This document shows, piece by piece, positions 1 to 13,472 of a stretch of DNA of 52,296 nucleotides. Location of the stretch: positions 28,522-80,817 of the forward strand of contig WELA01000395.1 in assembly GCA_009602735.1 (NCBI GenBank), written 5' to 3'. Made by a program: the position numbers and the translations under genes. Each line of letters opens with the position of its first letter. The first letter of the stretch is position 1. The notes under the pieces are model-generated. The model saw only the letters and a list, made by a program, of their open reading frames with translations, was not told where the DNA came from and did not search any database. The stretch is from Mesotaenium endlicherianum. Lineage: Eukaryota.

Positions 1-779
1 AGGTGGGCGGGGGGGGCGGGGGGAGCCTACAATCCTCCGCCGACAACGGGGTACCTGCACCAGCCATCAACCCCTCCCTGGCTCCGTCAGCTTGATGACC
101 ATGCACAGCGACCCAGGCCTCTGGTGGTGGGGCTTAATCCAGAGGGATCATGATCATGAATCACACCCATGATGAGCTTTGAGCATGCAGAGCTCCGCCT
201 CGCAGCATTGAGCTGACAGGGCGGCGAGTGCTGACAGGTGTTGCGCTGACAGTGCACAGCTGACGGTGCTGCTTTCATCTCAGCCGGGCGGGACGGTGAG
301 TCTCCACATCATTGAATCATTGGCCCAGGCGGGCCACTCTGGTAGCAGCTAGCTCATGCAGTGAGGGTAGGTGGGCAAATATTAATGGACAATGTTCAAT
401 GGTGAACTTACTCGACTGCGAACTCGGAGTAGATGAGCGCTGACGTGGCAGCGGTGACGGAGGCTATGAGCAACGAGAGCACGACAGCTGGCCTGCGCGC
501 ACATACACGGCAAAGGCACCAGGCAGGCAGGCAAGCAGTCAGGCGAAAAGCATGCACGTGAAAAAATCTCAAGGATCGACACACTGCAAAGATGTGGCAA
601 AGAGTATTGAAGGCATGATGTGCAATCTGGGCCGGGTAGCTCCGACGTGTTTGCCCTCTGTATATAAGAAATATGAAATTTCATGCAGGTGTGAACAAGC
701 GACCTGTGGGAGGACAGGCCTGGTCGGACCCGGCGCTCCTGCAATCCCTCTTATGGAAAAGGTTGCAAGGGAGAGAAGT

Positions 780-821
780 GAGAGAGAGAGAGAGAGGGAG
801 AGAATATTATGTGTGTGTGTA

Positions 822-865
<44 letters not shown>

Positions 866-874
866 TGAGAGAGA
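780..874. repeat. Compound (GA)n/(GT)n/(GA)n microsatellite in intron 2
   Basis: Directly visible dinucleotide runs. Confidence 0.95.
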
Positions 875-913
875 CAGAAAGTTGCAAGAGGGGAAGTGCG
901 CGCCCGCGCTCAC

Positions 914-1053
914 CCAGTGATGTTGGCGTAGATGTAGGGCATGAAGGAGAAGATGCCCGTGGCGATGATCTGGCCGATGCCGAGGCACGCCATGGAGAAC
1001 CACCCCAGCTGCTTCGTCAGCTCCGCCTTCGACACCTTCCTGTTGTGCTCCAG
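914..1053 (-). CDS. CAT-family transporter paralog 1, coding exon 2 (TM1 region); gene continues beyond the left window edge
   Basis: GCAG acceptor, LEHNRKVSKAELTKQLGWFSMACLGIGQIIATGIFSFMPYIYANITG, GTGAG donor (phase 2). Resembles the plant CAT N-terminal pattern E-x-K-x-L-x-W...G-I-G-x-x-I-x-x-G-I-F. Confidence 0.85.
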
Positions 1054-2155
1054 CTGCGCGCGTGCGCTCGTTGCAGCCGCCACCCATAATGCACCGATAA
1101 ATGTCAGGGCGGAGGCATCTCAGCCGTTGATGGCTACAGACGCACGGGAGAGTGCAGGCGTCGGGTGTGCGGGAGAGAGGGAGGGAGAGAAGGGAGAGGG
1201 AGAGAGCGAGAGAGGGGGAGAGGGGGAGTGATGGAATATAATGTGCAGATCTCGACGTGCACCTGGGCTCTCAGCGGCCACGCCTACGACAGGGACTGTC
1301 ACAGAAAGAAGACTAGAGGCGAATGAAAGGCAGAGATTTGTGAGCCCGATCCGAGGCTCAACTGTTGCTGATTGCCGGTGGTGACCTCTAGAGACTTTTT
1401 TTCCTTAACAGTCCGATTCACAGTGTTTGTGTGTGCCTGTGAGCGTTGTCTTGACAGGCATCACTGTGGAATCATTCATTCCTGAAAGATTGAGACTCTT
1501 GCAGCGCATCGTCCCTGCACTCTCCCCGGCAGATACCTGCATTGAAGACACCTAATTGCATTCTGATTGAATGATCGCCAAGATACGCACATGAAAATGT
1601 TCCTGCAACAGCACTGTTGTTGGGGAGATTGACAAGGGGGACTCGTTCGGCCCTCCATGATTTAAGACAAACATTTACTCTGACACTTCAAAAAAAAAAA
1701 CAATGCACCTTCTCTTGCAACAACTTATTCTGCTTGCTCTTCAAGCCCGTCTTTCCCTTCATTCACCTTCCTTCTTTCCACTCTTTCTCCCACCCCTCCT
1801 CTCCCAATAAGAACATATTGCGGGCGGAGCCTATTCAAATAAGTTGTCGCTTCAATCAAAGTTAGGCATATCTACAAGAACAATAGTATTGTCCTTATCA
1901 CTTGTATGCTCCCATCCATACACGCCCAGCACACAGAGAGAGGGGGGCGAGAGAGGGTGCAAGGGAGCGGGGGAGGGAGTAAGGGAGGGAGCAAGCAAGC
2001 GGCAAGAGAGGGATGGGAGAGAGCGGGAGAGATAGCCCTCCAAGCCATGCAGTGACTCGATGGGCGACGGCCACAGCTCGAGCGAAGCGGCGACGGTGCA
2101 TGCAAGTACCCCACAAAACGAGTGTGCTAAGTGCGACTTCAGACATTCGACGCAC

Positions 2156-2272
2156 CTGGTCGCCCACCATGCGCCTCTGGAGCGCCATCTTCAGGAACCT
2201 GGAGGGCAGCCTGTGGACCTTCAGAAACTCCCCAGGTGGCGCCCCCAGGGCATCCTCCAGGGAGTACCCCAT
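2156..2272 (-). CDS. Cationic amino acid transporter (APC/CAT family) paralog 1, coding exon 1
   Basis: ATG at 2272, 39 codons MGYSLEDALGAPPGEFLKVHRLPSRFLKMALQRRMVGDQ, then GTGCG donor. Same length and clear similarity to exon 51216-51332. Confidence 0.85.
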
Positions 2273-4401
2273 CTCTCGCGGCTCCCCTCCGGCTCTAGCT
2301 CCCGGGCTCGCAGGCTTCTACTCTTTGTGTCTTGGTTCAGTTGTGGCTGTTCCTCTATGCTCCCGGCCTCTGCCTTGCCCTCGTCTTGGTTTCTTTAGCT
2401 CGCGGAGGGCTCTGAGGGAGCAGAATTAGGCCGCCGCCTCTCTCTTTGCCTCCTGTTGCGCCAACTGCCGGAAGCAAGTACAGGCAAAAGTATGCGGCAG
2501 GGAAAGGGGGGAGGGGGGAAGGGGGGGAAGGCATTTACCACAAGAAACGTTAGCACTTTAAGAGCTATTAATTGATATGCAAAAGTGAAGATTTGTTTTT
2601 GCTGGACCTTTAAACTTCAATTACTTCAGTTGGAGGATCAACTTACTGTTAACCTTCATGTGCTGCAAGTGACTGATGACTTTAACAAGCGTGGGCGCCC
2701 AATAGCTGCTATCGCTGCATGCTTCAGAGGTGAAGCGATACACAACAGCTCTTAGTTGGTACGTCTGGGGGGCTAATTCATTGCATATCAAGGCATTGGA
2801 TCAAAATGATTGTGGACATTCGCATGCCTGGACATGACCCTGCATGTCCTTGGAGGTACTGCGCTGCGTTATGAATATAATTAATAGATATGCCAAATGA
2901 ATCTTGTCTACATTGGAGACCACGTGCATGAAGAGTATGAACAAGAGAAGAAATGCTCATCCAGTGTCGTGCACTTGGAAGAGATTGGCTCTAATAAATG
3001 CGCAATCAACATTTACAAGTTATTGAGAGACTGTTTGGCATATGCTCGATCTAATTTCGAACCATGAGCTTGCGAAAGGGAGTAACGTTACGTACTCAAA
3101 AGATCTCTAAATTATGAGCAAACCGCTGAATTTAAGAAAGTTTCACAGAAGAAGCTGCCCCGCGCTTTATAGTGTGTCGTTTCAGACAGGACAATCGGTG
3201 TTTGAGTAAATTGCAAAGCAAGCTAGCCCAACTCGACATGAATGCCGACAACATCCAGAGAAGTCGATACCAACGTTATGATCGAGTGACGACCATGTGT
3301 TTCAAAAGACGCCTTTTTGCGAAGTACTCGAAGGTGCTCAGGTGTTGTACCAATTGCCTTCCAGAATGTAATCACAAACACTCAACGCCCTGAGCCTGTG
3401 TAGTCATTTCACGCCACTGATCTTCATGCGGCCAGCCATTCCATTCCGAAGCATCTCCGATGCGGGTGCTGAAGATTGCATTGTGCATTGTTATGCATGG
3501 TACTCACGTGATGTTGAAGTTTTGCGCGCAATCAACAGCCTCGTTGGAGTCGAACCTTTCCAATGAACTTCAGAAAACTTCAGGTTGTTTGCATGCCCTC
3601 TCGCTTAACTTGGTTACCACGAGGATTTGCGTCAAGTCTTCGAACTTTGAAGTGCTTGAACAGCTTGGAAAATCGATTGTCACGAATTACTCTGTTATAG
3701 GCGGTTAAAGCACATGCACTCGCTGAAACCGGCACTCGGTTGCTCAGACTGAACGCTGGTACTGAAAGGACCGTGCGCAGTTATGCCAAGGCTGTGCAAA
3801 ATGGTGCAGAATATTTATTAGGGCCCTGGCTGGCCCTGGCCTCATGAGAGAGGCTCGGTCTCGTGACTCGTCACACTGCAGTCTGCACTGCACTGTACAT
3901 GCCGAACACGTCCGATTTACAACAGAAGTTTGGGTGGTACTCAGTCAAAATTAGATGTCCCTTGGGTGACATACACGTGTAGCCGAAGTCAGACACTGTA
4001 GCGAATCGCAACCGAAGAGGGCCAGCCCATATGTTATTACAGGTGAGCACAAAACGTCAGCATATCTATTCCTCGTATTCTGCTCGTAATTCCTCATTCC
4101 TACTCCTGCAGCTTGCTCACTCCGGCTCAGCTCCGGCTAGTTCTATCAGTCCAGCCCACTCCAGCTCACCCTAGTCGGGTACGATCTTACCCCCTTGATG
4201 TCAGGGTCCTACTTGGTCCTCCAGGCTCCTGGATCGTTTTCATCTTTCTAGTTTCGACCCCATTCCACCCTACCACATTATGACAGACTCGAGGTGTCAA
4301 AAGACAGTTCGATGTGGTTCGATGCGATAATAAGTCGTCACAAAAACGTTTTCCCAACTTTCCTTGACGTGACTAGAGACAACTATACTAGTAGGAGCAA
4401 C

Positions 4402-4633
4402 CATGGGGGGGAAACTGGCCCTTTTTGTTTGGAATTTTGAATTCAGGTCTCTAAACTCTTGAATCCTGTCATTAATTTAGTTTGATATCTGGTCATTATT
4501 GAAGCAAATTTTTTATTGAAGGTCGTTAACTTACTGTCCTAAATCTGACATTTTGCATTTAGGGCGCTATTTTGAAACCTTGAGTTTTGGGCGCTATTTC
4601 ACCCGGATCCTTGAAGAAAGTTTCCCCCCCACG
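4402..4633. mobile_element. 232-bp hAT-type MITE
   Basis: 15-bp TIRs CATGGGGGGGAAACT / AGTTTCCCCCCCACG (1 mismatch) flanked by an 8-bp TSD GGAGCAAC (4394-4401, 4634-4641). An 8-bp TSD is typical of hAT. Confidence 0.75.
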
Positions 4634-7289
4634 GGAGCAACTCTCCGTTATGCTCGAATCTGGACAAACCCGTCCGGTCCTGACAGCTTACTACCCAGTT
4701 TGACCCGCCTTCTTAACGGCCTTACTCAGTACCAGCGGGTACGTACTTGAGAGTGCTCGTCGATGGCCGTGCCGAACTGGGCCGAAAGAGTGTAAAAGAG
4801 AGCAGAAGTCGACGCAAGTCAAGAAAGAGAGTAGGGAGCAGTAGGTACTAGGGAGTCTATTCGTAAACGCCGATCTTGAGCCATAATCCTTGTCAGAAAT
4901 TGACAGTAAGGCCAGGCACAATGAAAGAGCAGGTTGGTCTTAGGTGTGGGGCCGTGCGGCTTCCGGACAGGATTTCTCAGGAGCAGCTCAGGCAGAGCTC
5001 CGGACTGCGATTGTACGAACGGCGGAGTTGAAATTTCACAAAAAGGCCACTGTAACCTGGCCCTGAATTATTATTGGCCAAGTCTGGCCAATTCGGTTCT
5101 TAGCTTCTGTTGCATAAACTAACCGTCGGTCGAAGTGAAAGAGTCAGGACTCAAGACTCAGGACTCAGGACTCAGGAATCCAATGGAGATGGTACAGTAT
5201 ATTACAGATATTGTACTTAACCAGGCAGCCATAAAATAATTATTTTGAGCGGTCGGACACCTTTGAAAACCTCTTCACCTAGCTGTCAGGGGAGGTTGCA
5301 ATACTTGACCCCGTTCCGGGGGCACGTATCCATATTGGACAGTCGTACTTGGTGATGGGCGAAGCCCCTCTCCACCCCCAGATGTGAGGGGGCGAAGCCC
5401 TACATCCTGGGCTCTAGAAGGGCAAAGCCCATCTCCTCCCACAAGGGGCGCCGGTAGGTAATAGTGAACTGTGCACCGCACTCCATTGCAGTGCCGTGAC
5501 CCCCCATCTCCTCGTCCTGACTAAACTGCCCTTAAATCGACGAACGGGGGGGTTTCACAATGTACGTATGTATCCGTTGTTCAAAACAGGAACCTATGTT
5601 CAAGGATGCCCGCAGCTGAAATACCCCCCGCTTGGGAGCCATTGGCACTCCGGGCAGGGCCTGCTTCAGCACATTCTTTTGCCGAGCCTGAAAGAGCTTC
5701 GGAAGTTTCTAACACCAGGTTCATCTTTGGCCTACAATTCACCAACAATAGTCTAGGGATGCATGGATGTGCCACACGTCAAGACCAGGGCAGGTGTGAT
5801 GCTCTCCAGCACGTGTGCCATCGACCTGGTCAATTTGTCGGTGGTTTTGCACGTGGTCCCTCAACCTGGACGACTTGTCGGTGCATTGTTGCATGTGTGC
5901 CGTGCCCCTGATCGATCCCCTGTGGCCGACCTTTACACGTGTGTCGGTGGCCAGATAGCCAATCGTTGATCATTTGCTGGTCATCTTGCACTGGCACAAG
6001 CCATTTGGACGTTAGCCTCTTCATTGTTGCTCACACCAAATGCTTCTTCACAACTGCTCTTTGGGACTTCAATTTTCAAAAAGTTTCTCACTGTTCATTT
6101 CTGCTTACACCCCTCCCTTTCAGCTGAGGCGTTCCGTCCCGAGCTGAAAGTAATTTCTAATTTCCAACTTTGCGGCTGGGGGATTTAGAAAGGCAATAAG
6201 AGCATTTCCAACATCCTGCCCAAATAAGTGACACACTCATAGGAGGGATTGCTCCCTAGGGAGATTAGCCTATGTACTGTGGGTAAAAACCCCCCCTATT
6301 AGGGGGAAAAGCCCACAGCTTATTAGCTGTAAAAGTGAAAAAGAATAACAAGAGTCTGAACTGAACACTACCGGGCAAATGGGTAGCTACTGGCTAAAGC
6401 AAAAATGAGCTATGACAACCTGTGACGAGCTAGAGCAAGGATGTGTAAACCAAATCTGATGAGCGGCCAGTAGCACAAAGAACAAGGAAAGTCAGTGGCA
6501 ATTAGCAATGTTATGGCCGAATGAGGGTGCGACGAATCCGCGACTTAAAGTGCGTTGACGAGGTGCAACACGAGCATTTTACACATAAAAGCAAGGAATG
6601 CAAGATAGCACCATCATGCAATTCAAGCATCAAGTCACGACAATAAAAAATAAGCAATCTACTCATGAAAACCAACATACAAAGCTAACACCATAATGGT
6701 GTTAGTTCGCGGCCTAAGTAGCATGCTCTGCCTAGTGCCAAACATACAAAAGTGAAATTTTGCCTACAATGATTGACGCGTCATCGCGCCATCAATCACA
6801 CAAATTGAAATATATCATAAACGGAAACATAAGTCAAACCTAAAGTCGACCAAATGTGTGCAGCTCAATCCCAAGTGACGTGACGCCCTCGCTCATCCCT
6901 TACTCTCCCTATCCCCAAGCAATCTCGGGGGCATGTCCGTTGAGATTGCCTATGGTACATGACGGGCTAGCTATGGACAGTACGAGATCCCACTGGGTAC
7001 CCGCGCTGACCTTTCAGGCGAGCAAACCTGAGAGTCGACCTCCACACGTGGGGCGGCCAAGCCACGTGTGGAGGGACAAGTAATGCGCGTGATTTGGAGG
7101 GGAGCTTCACACCTGCTCAACAGCAGATTCTCGTGAGCAAATCATGGGTCCCAGTATTCACCACTACTGCCCACAGCCTAGACCATCCTCACCTACCGCC
7201 CCAACCCGACTAACTACTAGGAACTGTCATTGACCCTCCACCCTCATATGCTACTACTAGACTCCAAAGAGACTCGATAAGGACAGGCA

Positions 7290-7620
7290 TGACAAGAGGT
7301 GGATTGATTCAATAAAAGGTGGAAGAATGTCAAATAAATGTACAGAGGCGTTATGATGACTTTATAGTCATTGTCTGGAATGGGAGAAATGTAACAGGCG
7401 TAATAATATGGACAATTCTCAGATGGATTATGGCGTGTTGTACTCTAGATGTCGTGGCGGATTCGCCTCTAGTAGTTGTTGGCAGAATATGCTCTAGAAA
7501 TCGTTGACAAAATATATATCCTAGTAAAAGAATATAAATATTATTTGAGCACGCATAAAGTCCTACATACTTGTAAGATAGCCTCTGTATGTGTATATAA
7601 CACCACTTCCCCTTGTGAAA
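7290..7620 (+). repeat. Diverged direct repeat, copy 1 (possible LTR of an old element 'D'); ends approximate
   Basis: Shares blocks such as ATGTACAGAGGCGTT.TGATGACTTTATAGTCAT and GGCGGATTCGCCTCTAGTAGT.GTTGGCAGAATATGCT with 48941-49330. Confidence 0.65.
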
Positions 7621-8735
7621 GAAAGCCACATTGAGACAATACGTCGAAATGTGGCGTTGTTAGAGCGTATTCTTGAGGTATGTGAAGAGGACGTTGATGA
7701 AGATGAAGTGTCGGAGTGTGCGCAAGGACAGTGTTGAAGCGTCGTCTTGGACGTCGAGCGGGAGCTAGCGATTGAAGGTAGCGACGTTGTACAACATGTT
7801 GTTGACGGTAGGCGCAACAAAGTATGGCAGATTGAGTTGGTACCTTGGTAAGTGCATGTGCATTGAAACGGAAAAGAGTAGTAAAGTGAAGACAATGATG
7901 TAAATTTAGATTTAGATACTGATTTTTTATTTTTTATCTTTGTGAAATTTAAATATTAGCGAAGAGAGAACAAAATGCATGAAACATGTGAAGTGCAAGG
8001 AGCTAATGACAATTTTAGGGTTGTTGTGGTGTCATTTTCCAAGATGATATCACGAAATGTACAACCGAAAGCAAGACTCCAATAAAAATATGAACAATTG
8101 AAAGCAACAAGCTGACGTTTTTAGAAATATTATTTGAAAACGCAAGTAAGTATCAAGAACATGGAAATGAAGCAAATAGCGGGAACAAGAAACAAGTCAA
8201 ATCAAAACAAAGAGAAATGCTCATAATGAGATTATATAGTATAGAAAGATTTGAACAAGCCAAGATTAGCACACAAATTTAGCATATTGCAATTTCCATG
8301 ACACAATTGAGTCCAAAATAACACATATACAGAAAGCAAATGCCGAGTGTGGAATTGGGTTATTGCCCACATGCTGAACATAAGGACGAAAGGCCGAGGT
8401 TAAGTAAGATGCATGAAAGTGCGACATGAGAAGAGGTGAAAGATATCCACGAAAGCATGCCCACTAGAAAATAAAATTGGGTTAGATGGTCTCCATGTCA
8501 ACATTAAACGAATTTCTGTCCATGTTTGGCCCATATGGTCCAGTCAGGTCCTTTAAATTGGTAGAGAAAGAGGGAACAACAAGAACTCTAGGAGACAAAG
8601 AGTGTATAAAGAAACTAAGCAAAAAAGTGGCAGCCGGGTGAAAGCTGCATAAGTTCGAATTATGCAAAACTCAGAAAGTTAGTAGAAAATGAGGCAAATC
8701 ATAGAAGACAACAGACTTCGGGAAGTAATGTAAAG

Positions 8736-9477
8736 TGTAAGGTCATAGGTTTATAAAGTGCAATTTTGAGTTTCATTAGAGTATGTTTTGATTGTATAGT
8801 AGTATAGAGTGCATTTTTGTGGTCATTTTGATATGAAGTTCATCGAATTTGGTCAAGTATTGAGAGAGTTACAGATTTCTGAAGTTTAACTAGTTTTGAG
8901 GTCGGTTGACGACTGTCCTTAATTCGCGGTGAGCGCGACCGTCGGATTGACCGACAGCGTCGAGCGATCTGGCCCGTTAGTGTGAACTCGAACCTTCACG
9001 TAAGTTCGGCTGACGCGGAGTGCCGACTAGGTCGATTTACCTAGAAGTTTCGGTTTAGCCTAGCGCGTCTAAGATAGAATATTCTAGTAATGTCGATGCA
9101 TGTATGTGGACGTCAATTCGGCCCGACACGTCAGATTAGACTGATCTGGCTTACTCACGAATATTCTGGAAGGGACGATTTGACGAACACTTAGGAAAAT
9201 CCGTAGCTTCCTCCTAGAGAGGAGCATTTAGGCTGAAAATTATAAATGGGCATAACTTCTTTGTTTCTTATCAATTTTCACTTCTGTAAATTTCTACGGG
9301 TTTGTAATGACAAGACCTTTTATCCTACATCATTTGTGAGCAGTTTCTTGCCACTCAAAATGTCAAGTAATTTTCCTAAGCTTTCTTAGCAATATGCCGC
9401 TGCACTCGAGTATGATTGCAACTAGCTTTGTTCCTCGTGAGTCACTACGCTTCCACTAGGGCACTTTGCCCCTTTCA
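8736..9477 (+). repeat. Element A 5' LTR (742 bp)
   Basis: TGTAAGGTCATAGG...GCCCCTTTCA; matches 27740-28405 + 37230-37328. Confidence 0.93.
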
Positions 9478-9479
9478 TC

Positions 9480-9491
9480 TGGTATCGGAGC
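9480..9491 (+). promoter_or_regulatory. Element A primer-binding site (initiator tRNA-Met type)
   Basis: TGGTATCGGAGC, 2 nt after the LTR end. Confidence 0.9.
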
Positions 9492-9514
9492 GAGGTTAGT
9501 TTGCATATTATATT

Positions 9515-10402
9515 ATGGAGTCGCAGTCGGCAGCTGGAGGAGGCAAACATGTCGAGCATGTTGAGCGCGCGGGGCAGCAGGCAGCACCAACAATGACCAA
9601 AGAGCAACAAGAGATGCAGGCAATGCTAAGCCAAATGGCAAATGCAATTGGAGGAGAAGTCTACACCCAGTTTCAACAAAATATGCATGCGGAGGTGGAG
9701 AGAATGGTGCGAGTTGTTATGGGGAACGCCGCTTCGACGAGTTCGGCACCTGCACCTGTTGTGCCACCGATTCATGTTAATCCAGTGGTGCAACCAGTTA
9801 TTCCACCCGCATCGGGAGTGCGTGCGCCTAAGCCTGAAGTGTATACTGGAGAGCGTGGATCGCCGCCTGTTCATCAATGGATTTTTGGAGTTTATGGAGT
9901 ATTCTGCGCTCACGCCCGACAGGCAAGTCGACTTTGTCATAAGTTTACTGCAGAAGAGTGCTGGAGCTTGGTATGAGCGACAGGAGCAGCTGTCTGGAGT
10001 TCCTGCTACTGTTGATCAGCTATTTGAAGGCTTGAAGAGGCAATGTCAACTTATTGCACCCGAGGCTACCGCTCGAGATCTATTGGTGCGCCTTCGTCAA
10101 CGAGCAAGCGTTCAGGAGTATGTTTTGCGCTTCAACGAGCTGGTTCTTCAATGTTCATCCATGCACGAGTCGGAGATGATGGACAAGTTCAAGAGGGGAC
10201 TCAAGCCAACTGTGGCCAAGGAAGTGGCGCTCAAGGACCCTACCAGTCTTGGAGAAATGATGGCATTGGCAACAAGGGTCGACGCTGTGAAGTATACTCA
10301 GAGGCAGTGGGGCAGCCACAACTTTGGAGGATATTGACACTTTGGATCTCAAGCGCCAAGCACGAGTGTTCAAGGTCCAGTACCTATGGAGTTGGGACTT
10401 GT
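9515..10402 (+). pseudogene. gag: Element A gag, frameshifted near 9890; runs into an N gap
   Basis: ORF 9515 (..RAPKPEVYTG..) continues in another frame as ..AGAWYE..ARDLLVRLRQRASVQEYVLRF..KFKRGLKP.., a retrotransposon gag-type sequence. Confidence 0.85.
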
Positions 10403-10708
10403 NNNNNNNNNNNNNNNNNNNNNNNNNNNNNNNNNNNNNNNNNNNNNNNNNNNNNNNNNNNNNNNNNNNNNNNNNNNNNNNNNNNNNNNNNNNNNNNNNN
10501 NNNNNNNNNNNNNNNNNNNNNNNNNNNNNNNNNNNNNNNNNNNNNNNNNNNNNNNNNNNNNNNNNNNNNNNNNNNNNNNNNNNNNNNNNNNNNNNNNNNN
10601 NNNNNNNNNNNNNNNNNNNNNNNNNNNNNNNNNNNNNNNNNNNNNNNNNNNNNNNNNNNNNNNNNNNNNNNNNNNNNNNNNNNNNNNNNNNNNNNNNNNN
10701 NNNNNNNN
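10403..10708. other. Assembly gap (N run) covering the gag-pol junction of A
   Basis: Run of N. Confidence 0.99.
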
Positions 10709-12760
10709 ATGGTCGACAGTGGCGCAAGTGCGGATTTTGTGCACCAGAAGCTGGTGAAAGAGTGGCGAATCCCTGTGCAGAAGCATTATGAGCCTAAGGA
10801 GGCAATTTTGGCGAATGGGCAGAGACTCAAGTGTGGTGCACCTACGGAAGCTATTCACGTGGAAGTAGCGGGGCACCGGAGTACTGAAGTTATGGAGCAG
10901 GCAGAGTTAGGTCACCATGAGGTGATATTGGGTCGACCATGGCTGAGAAAAGCCAACCCTCAAGTGCACTGGAGCACAGGACAAGGGAAGGTCCAAGGGC
11001 GTGATGGTCAAATGGAGACAGCGAAACAGGTGAAGGTAGATACGACCACAAGTAACTGTCTTCTGTCGAGCCTGCAAGTTAAGAAGCTATGCTGGGCGAA
11101 TCAGGTGAAGGAGATGTACCTTGTTTTGGTGGCCCTGGCCAGGTCATCAGATGGAGCAAGCGTGAATCCTGACAGCCTGGGCGNCGTGAATCCTGACAGC
11201 CTGGGCGAATGTACATTGCCGGAGGAGCAAGTAGTGGTGTCTGATCCCCTTGCTCAGAAGAAGCAGAGCCTGACTGCTCAAGAGAAGAAGCCTGCCGAGA
11301 TGCCTGCAGAAATTAAGGCGTTGTTGGAGGATTTCAAGTGCGTATTTCCTGAGGAGCTACCTGCAGGACTACCTCCACAGAGAGCTATGGAGCACAAGAT
11401 TGAGTTGGAACCGGGGAGCAAGCCACCAGTGAGACCCGCCTATCGACAATCGTTTGCGGAGTTGGATGAGTTGAAGAAACAGCTGACAGATTTATTGGAA
11501 AAGGGATTCATCCGACCCAGCGAGTCTCCATTTGCGGCGCCAGTCTTATTTGTGAAGAAGAAGGATGGAACTATGAGGATGTGTGTCAACTACCGGGCTC
11601 TCAACAAGGTCACCATCAAGAACAGGTACCCACTTCCACGAGTGAACAAGTTGATTGACAGGCTTGTCCGGGTCTCGAAGATCGATTTGAGGAGTGGCTA
11701 TCACCAGGTACGGATTGCGAAAGGAGACGTTCAGCAGACTGCTTTCAGAACTTGCTATTGTTTGTTCAAGTTCACAGTCATGCCTTTTGGATTGACTAAT
11801 GCACCTGCTACATTTATGGGACTCATGAATAGTATCTTCAGACCCTATTTGGACCAGTTCGTGGTGGTATTTTTGGACAACATCCTGATCTATTCAAAGA
11901 CCTTGGAAGAGCATGTGGAGCATCTGAGGAAGGTGTTGGAGGTCTTGAGAGTTCAAAAGGTGTACGGGAAGATGAGCAATTGCGACTTCTGTCTCAATGA
12001 AGTCGAATTTCTTGGACATATAGTAGGAGCTGAAGGAGTCGAGGTGGAGCAGAAACCGTATGGGAAGATGAGCAAGTGCGACTTCTGTCTGAAGGAGGTG
12101 GAGTTTCTTGGACACATTGTGGGAGCTGAAGGAGTCAAGGTGGAGCAGAAGAAGGTGCAAGCAGTCAGAAATTGGCCAATGCCTGCTGATATTCATCAAC
12201 TCAGGAGTTTCCTCGACATGCCGAATTATTATCGACGTTTCATTGAAGGATTTGCCAAGGTATGTGCACCGCTCACGGACATGTTGAAGAAGCAGGAGAA
12301 GTGGCTATGGGGTGACAAGGAGCAGCAAGCATTTGAGAGGATTAAGGAGTTATTGACACAGGCACCTGTATTGGCAATCGCCAGTCCAGAACTTCCTTTC
12401 ACCATCATCACGAACGCATCAAATTTTGCAGTGGGAGCCATTCTTCTCCAGGAACAAGGCAAGGGATTATAGCCTGTGGCATATGAGAGCAGGAAGTTGA
12501 GTCCTGCGGAGCAGAACTATGCAGCACACGAGCGGGAGATGTTGGCTATTATCCAGGCTTTGAGGATTTGGCGATGTTATGTGAGCGGCCGGAATGTGTT
12601 TATCAAGACCGACCACAAGAGCTTGGAGAAGTTTATGACGCAGCCAACATTGACACCAAGACAGGCAAGGTGGATGGAGTTTCTGCAACAGTTCGACCAC
12701 AAGATTGAGTATTTACCTGGGAAGATCAACCCTGCAGATGCTTTATCCAGAAGGTGTGAC
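10709..12760 (+). pseudogene. pol: Element A pol part 1: protease, RT, RNase H (inactivated)
   Basis: [43 protein letters not shown] (catalytic DD mutated), TNASNFA, internal TAG at 12470-12472, ADALSRR. Cut by insertion B. Confidence 0.92.
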
Positions 12761-13472
12761 TGAAAGGGGGAAGGGTGCGGGGAGTGCGCCCATACACACT
12801 CACGCACCCTCACCCGCGAGTGGAAGCGTGCACGAGGACCTTTCCTAGTTGCATACACAAGGTGGAGTGGCCTGGTGGTATGCCACCCTTGCAAGAGTTA
12901 GAGGGTTACATGAGAGAGGAGTGGAAAAGAACTCACTTTATTAAGAAAAGTCGTGTACAAGATACGAAGGTTAGACTAGAATAAGCCCCCTCTACTTCCT
13001 TGTGCTTCCCATTTATCCTTTAACTCTAAGTTTCCTCTCTAGCAAAGTACCTCCAGAACCTTCTCCTATGGCTCCTTCCATGTAGGTGACCTTGCCTAGT
13101 TGGACAAGCTAGCACACTCACACGCACACCATCACACTCTAGAATATTCTACTACACAATCCACTAACTCCTCACGGACTTTCTAGAAGTTCCACGATTG
13201 CTTTGGCACTTTACGTAATTGTACGTGCTTTTTGGAACCCTCATGTTTCAATGTCCTACTTCCTGGACTCCAACCGAAATTTTCGTCACTGGACCTGTCC
13301 TTGTCACTAAATAGAATCTGTGACATTAAAAACTCACTAAAAACTTCCAAAATTCATAACTATCTCAATACTTGTCCAAATGACGTGAAATAAAGGCCAA
13401 AGTTCTTCTAAAATCACACTCTATGCACATAAAATACTAGAAAGAAACAAACTACACTTTCATAACCTTACA
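12761..13472 (-). repeat. Element B 3' LTR (712 bp)
   Basis: Direct repeat of 16744-17460; adjacent to the PPT (TCATCCCCCTCCT on +). Confidence 0.92.

Noticed and set aside
1..900. Possible third exon of the left transporter gene
   Set aside because: No AG-bounded phase-2 segment encoding the expected P-A/S-V TM2 sequence was found.
2900..3060. YIGDH...VIERLFG fragments resembling a PIF/Harbinger transposase
   Set aside because: Short, interrupted, and no TIR or TSD found; cannot be distinguished from chance.
11161..11207. 23-bp perfect tandem duplication in A pol (VNPDSLG x2)
   Set aside because: The copies are separated by a single N, typical of a contig-join artefact.
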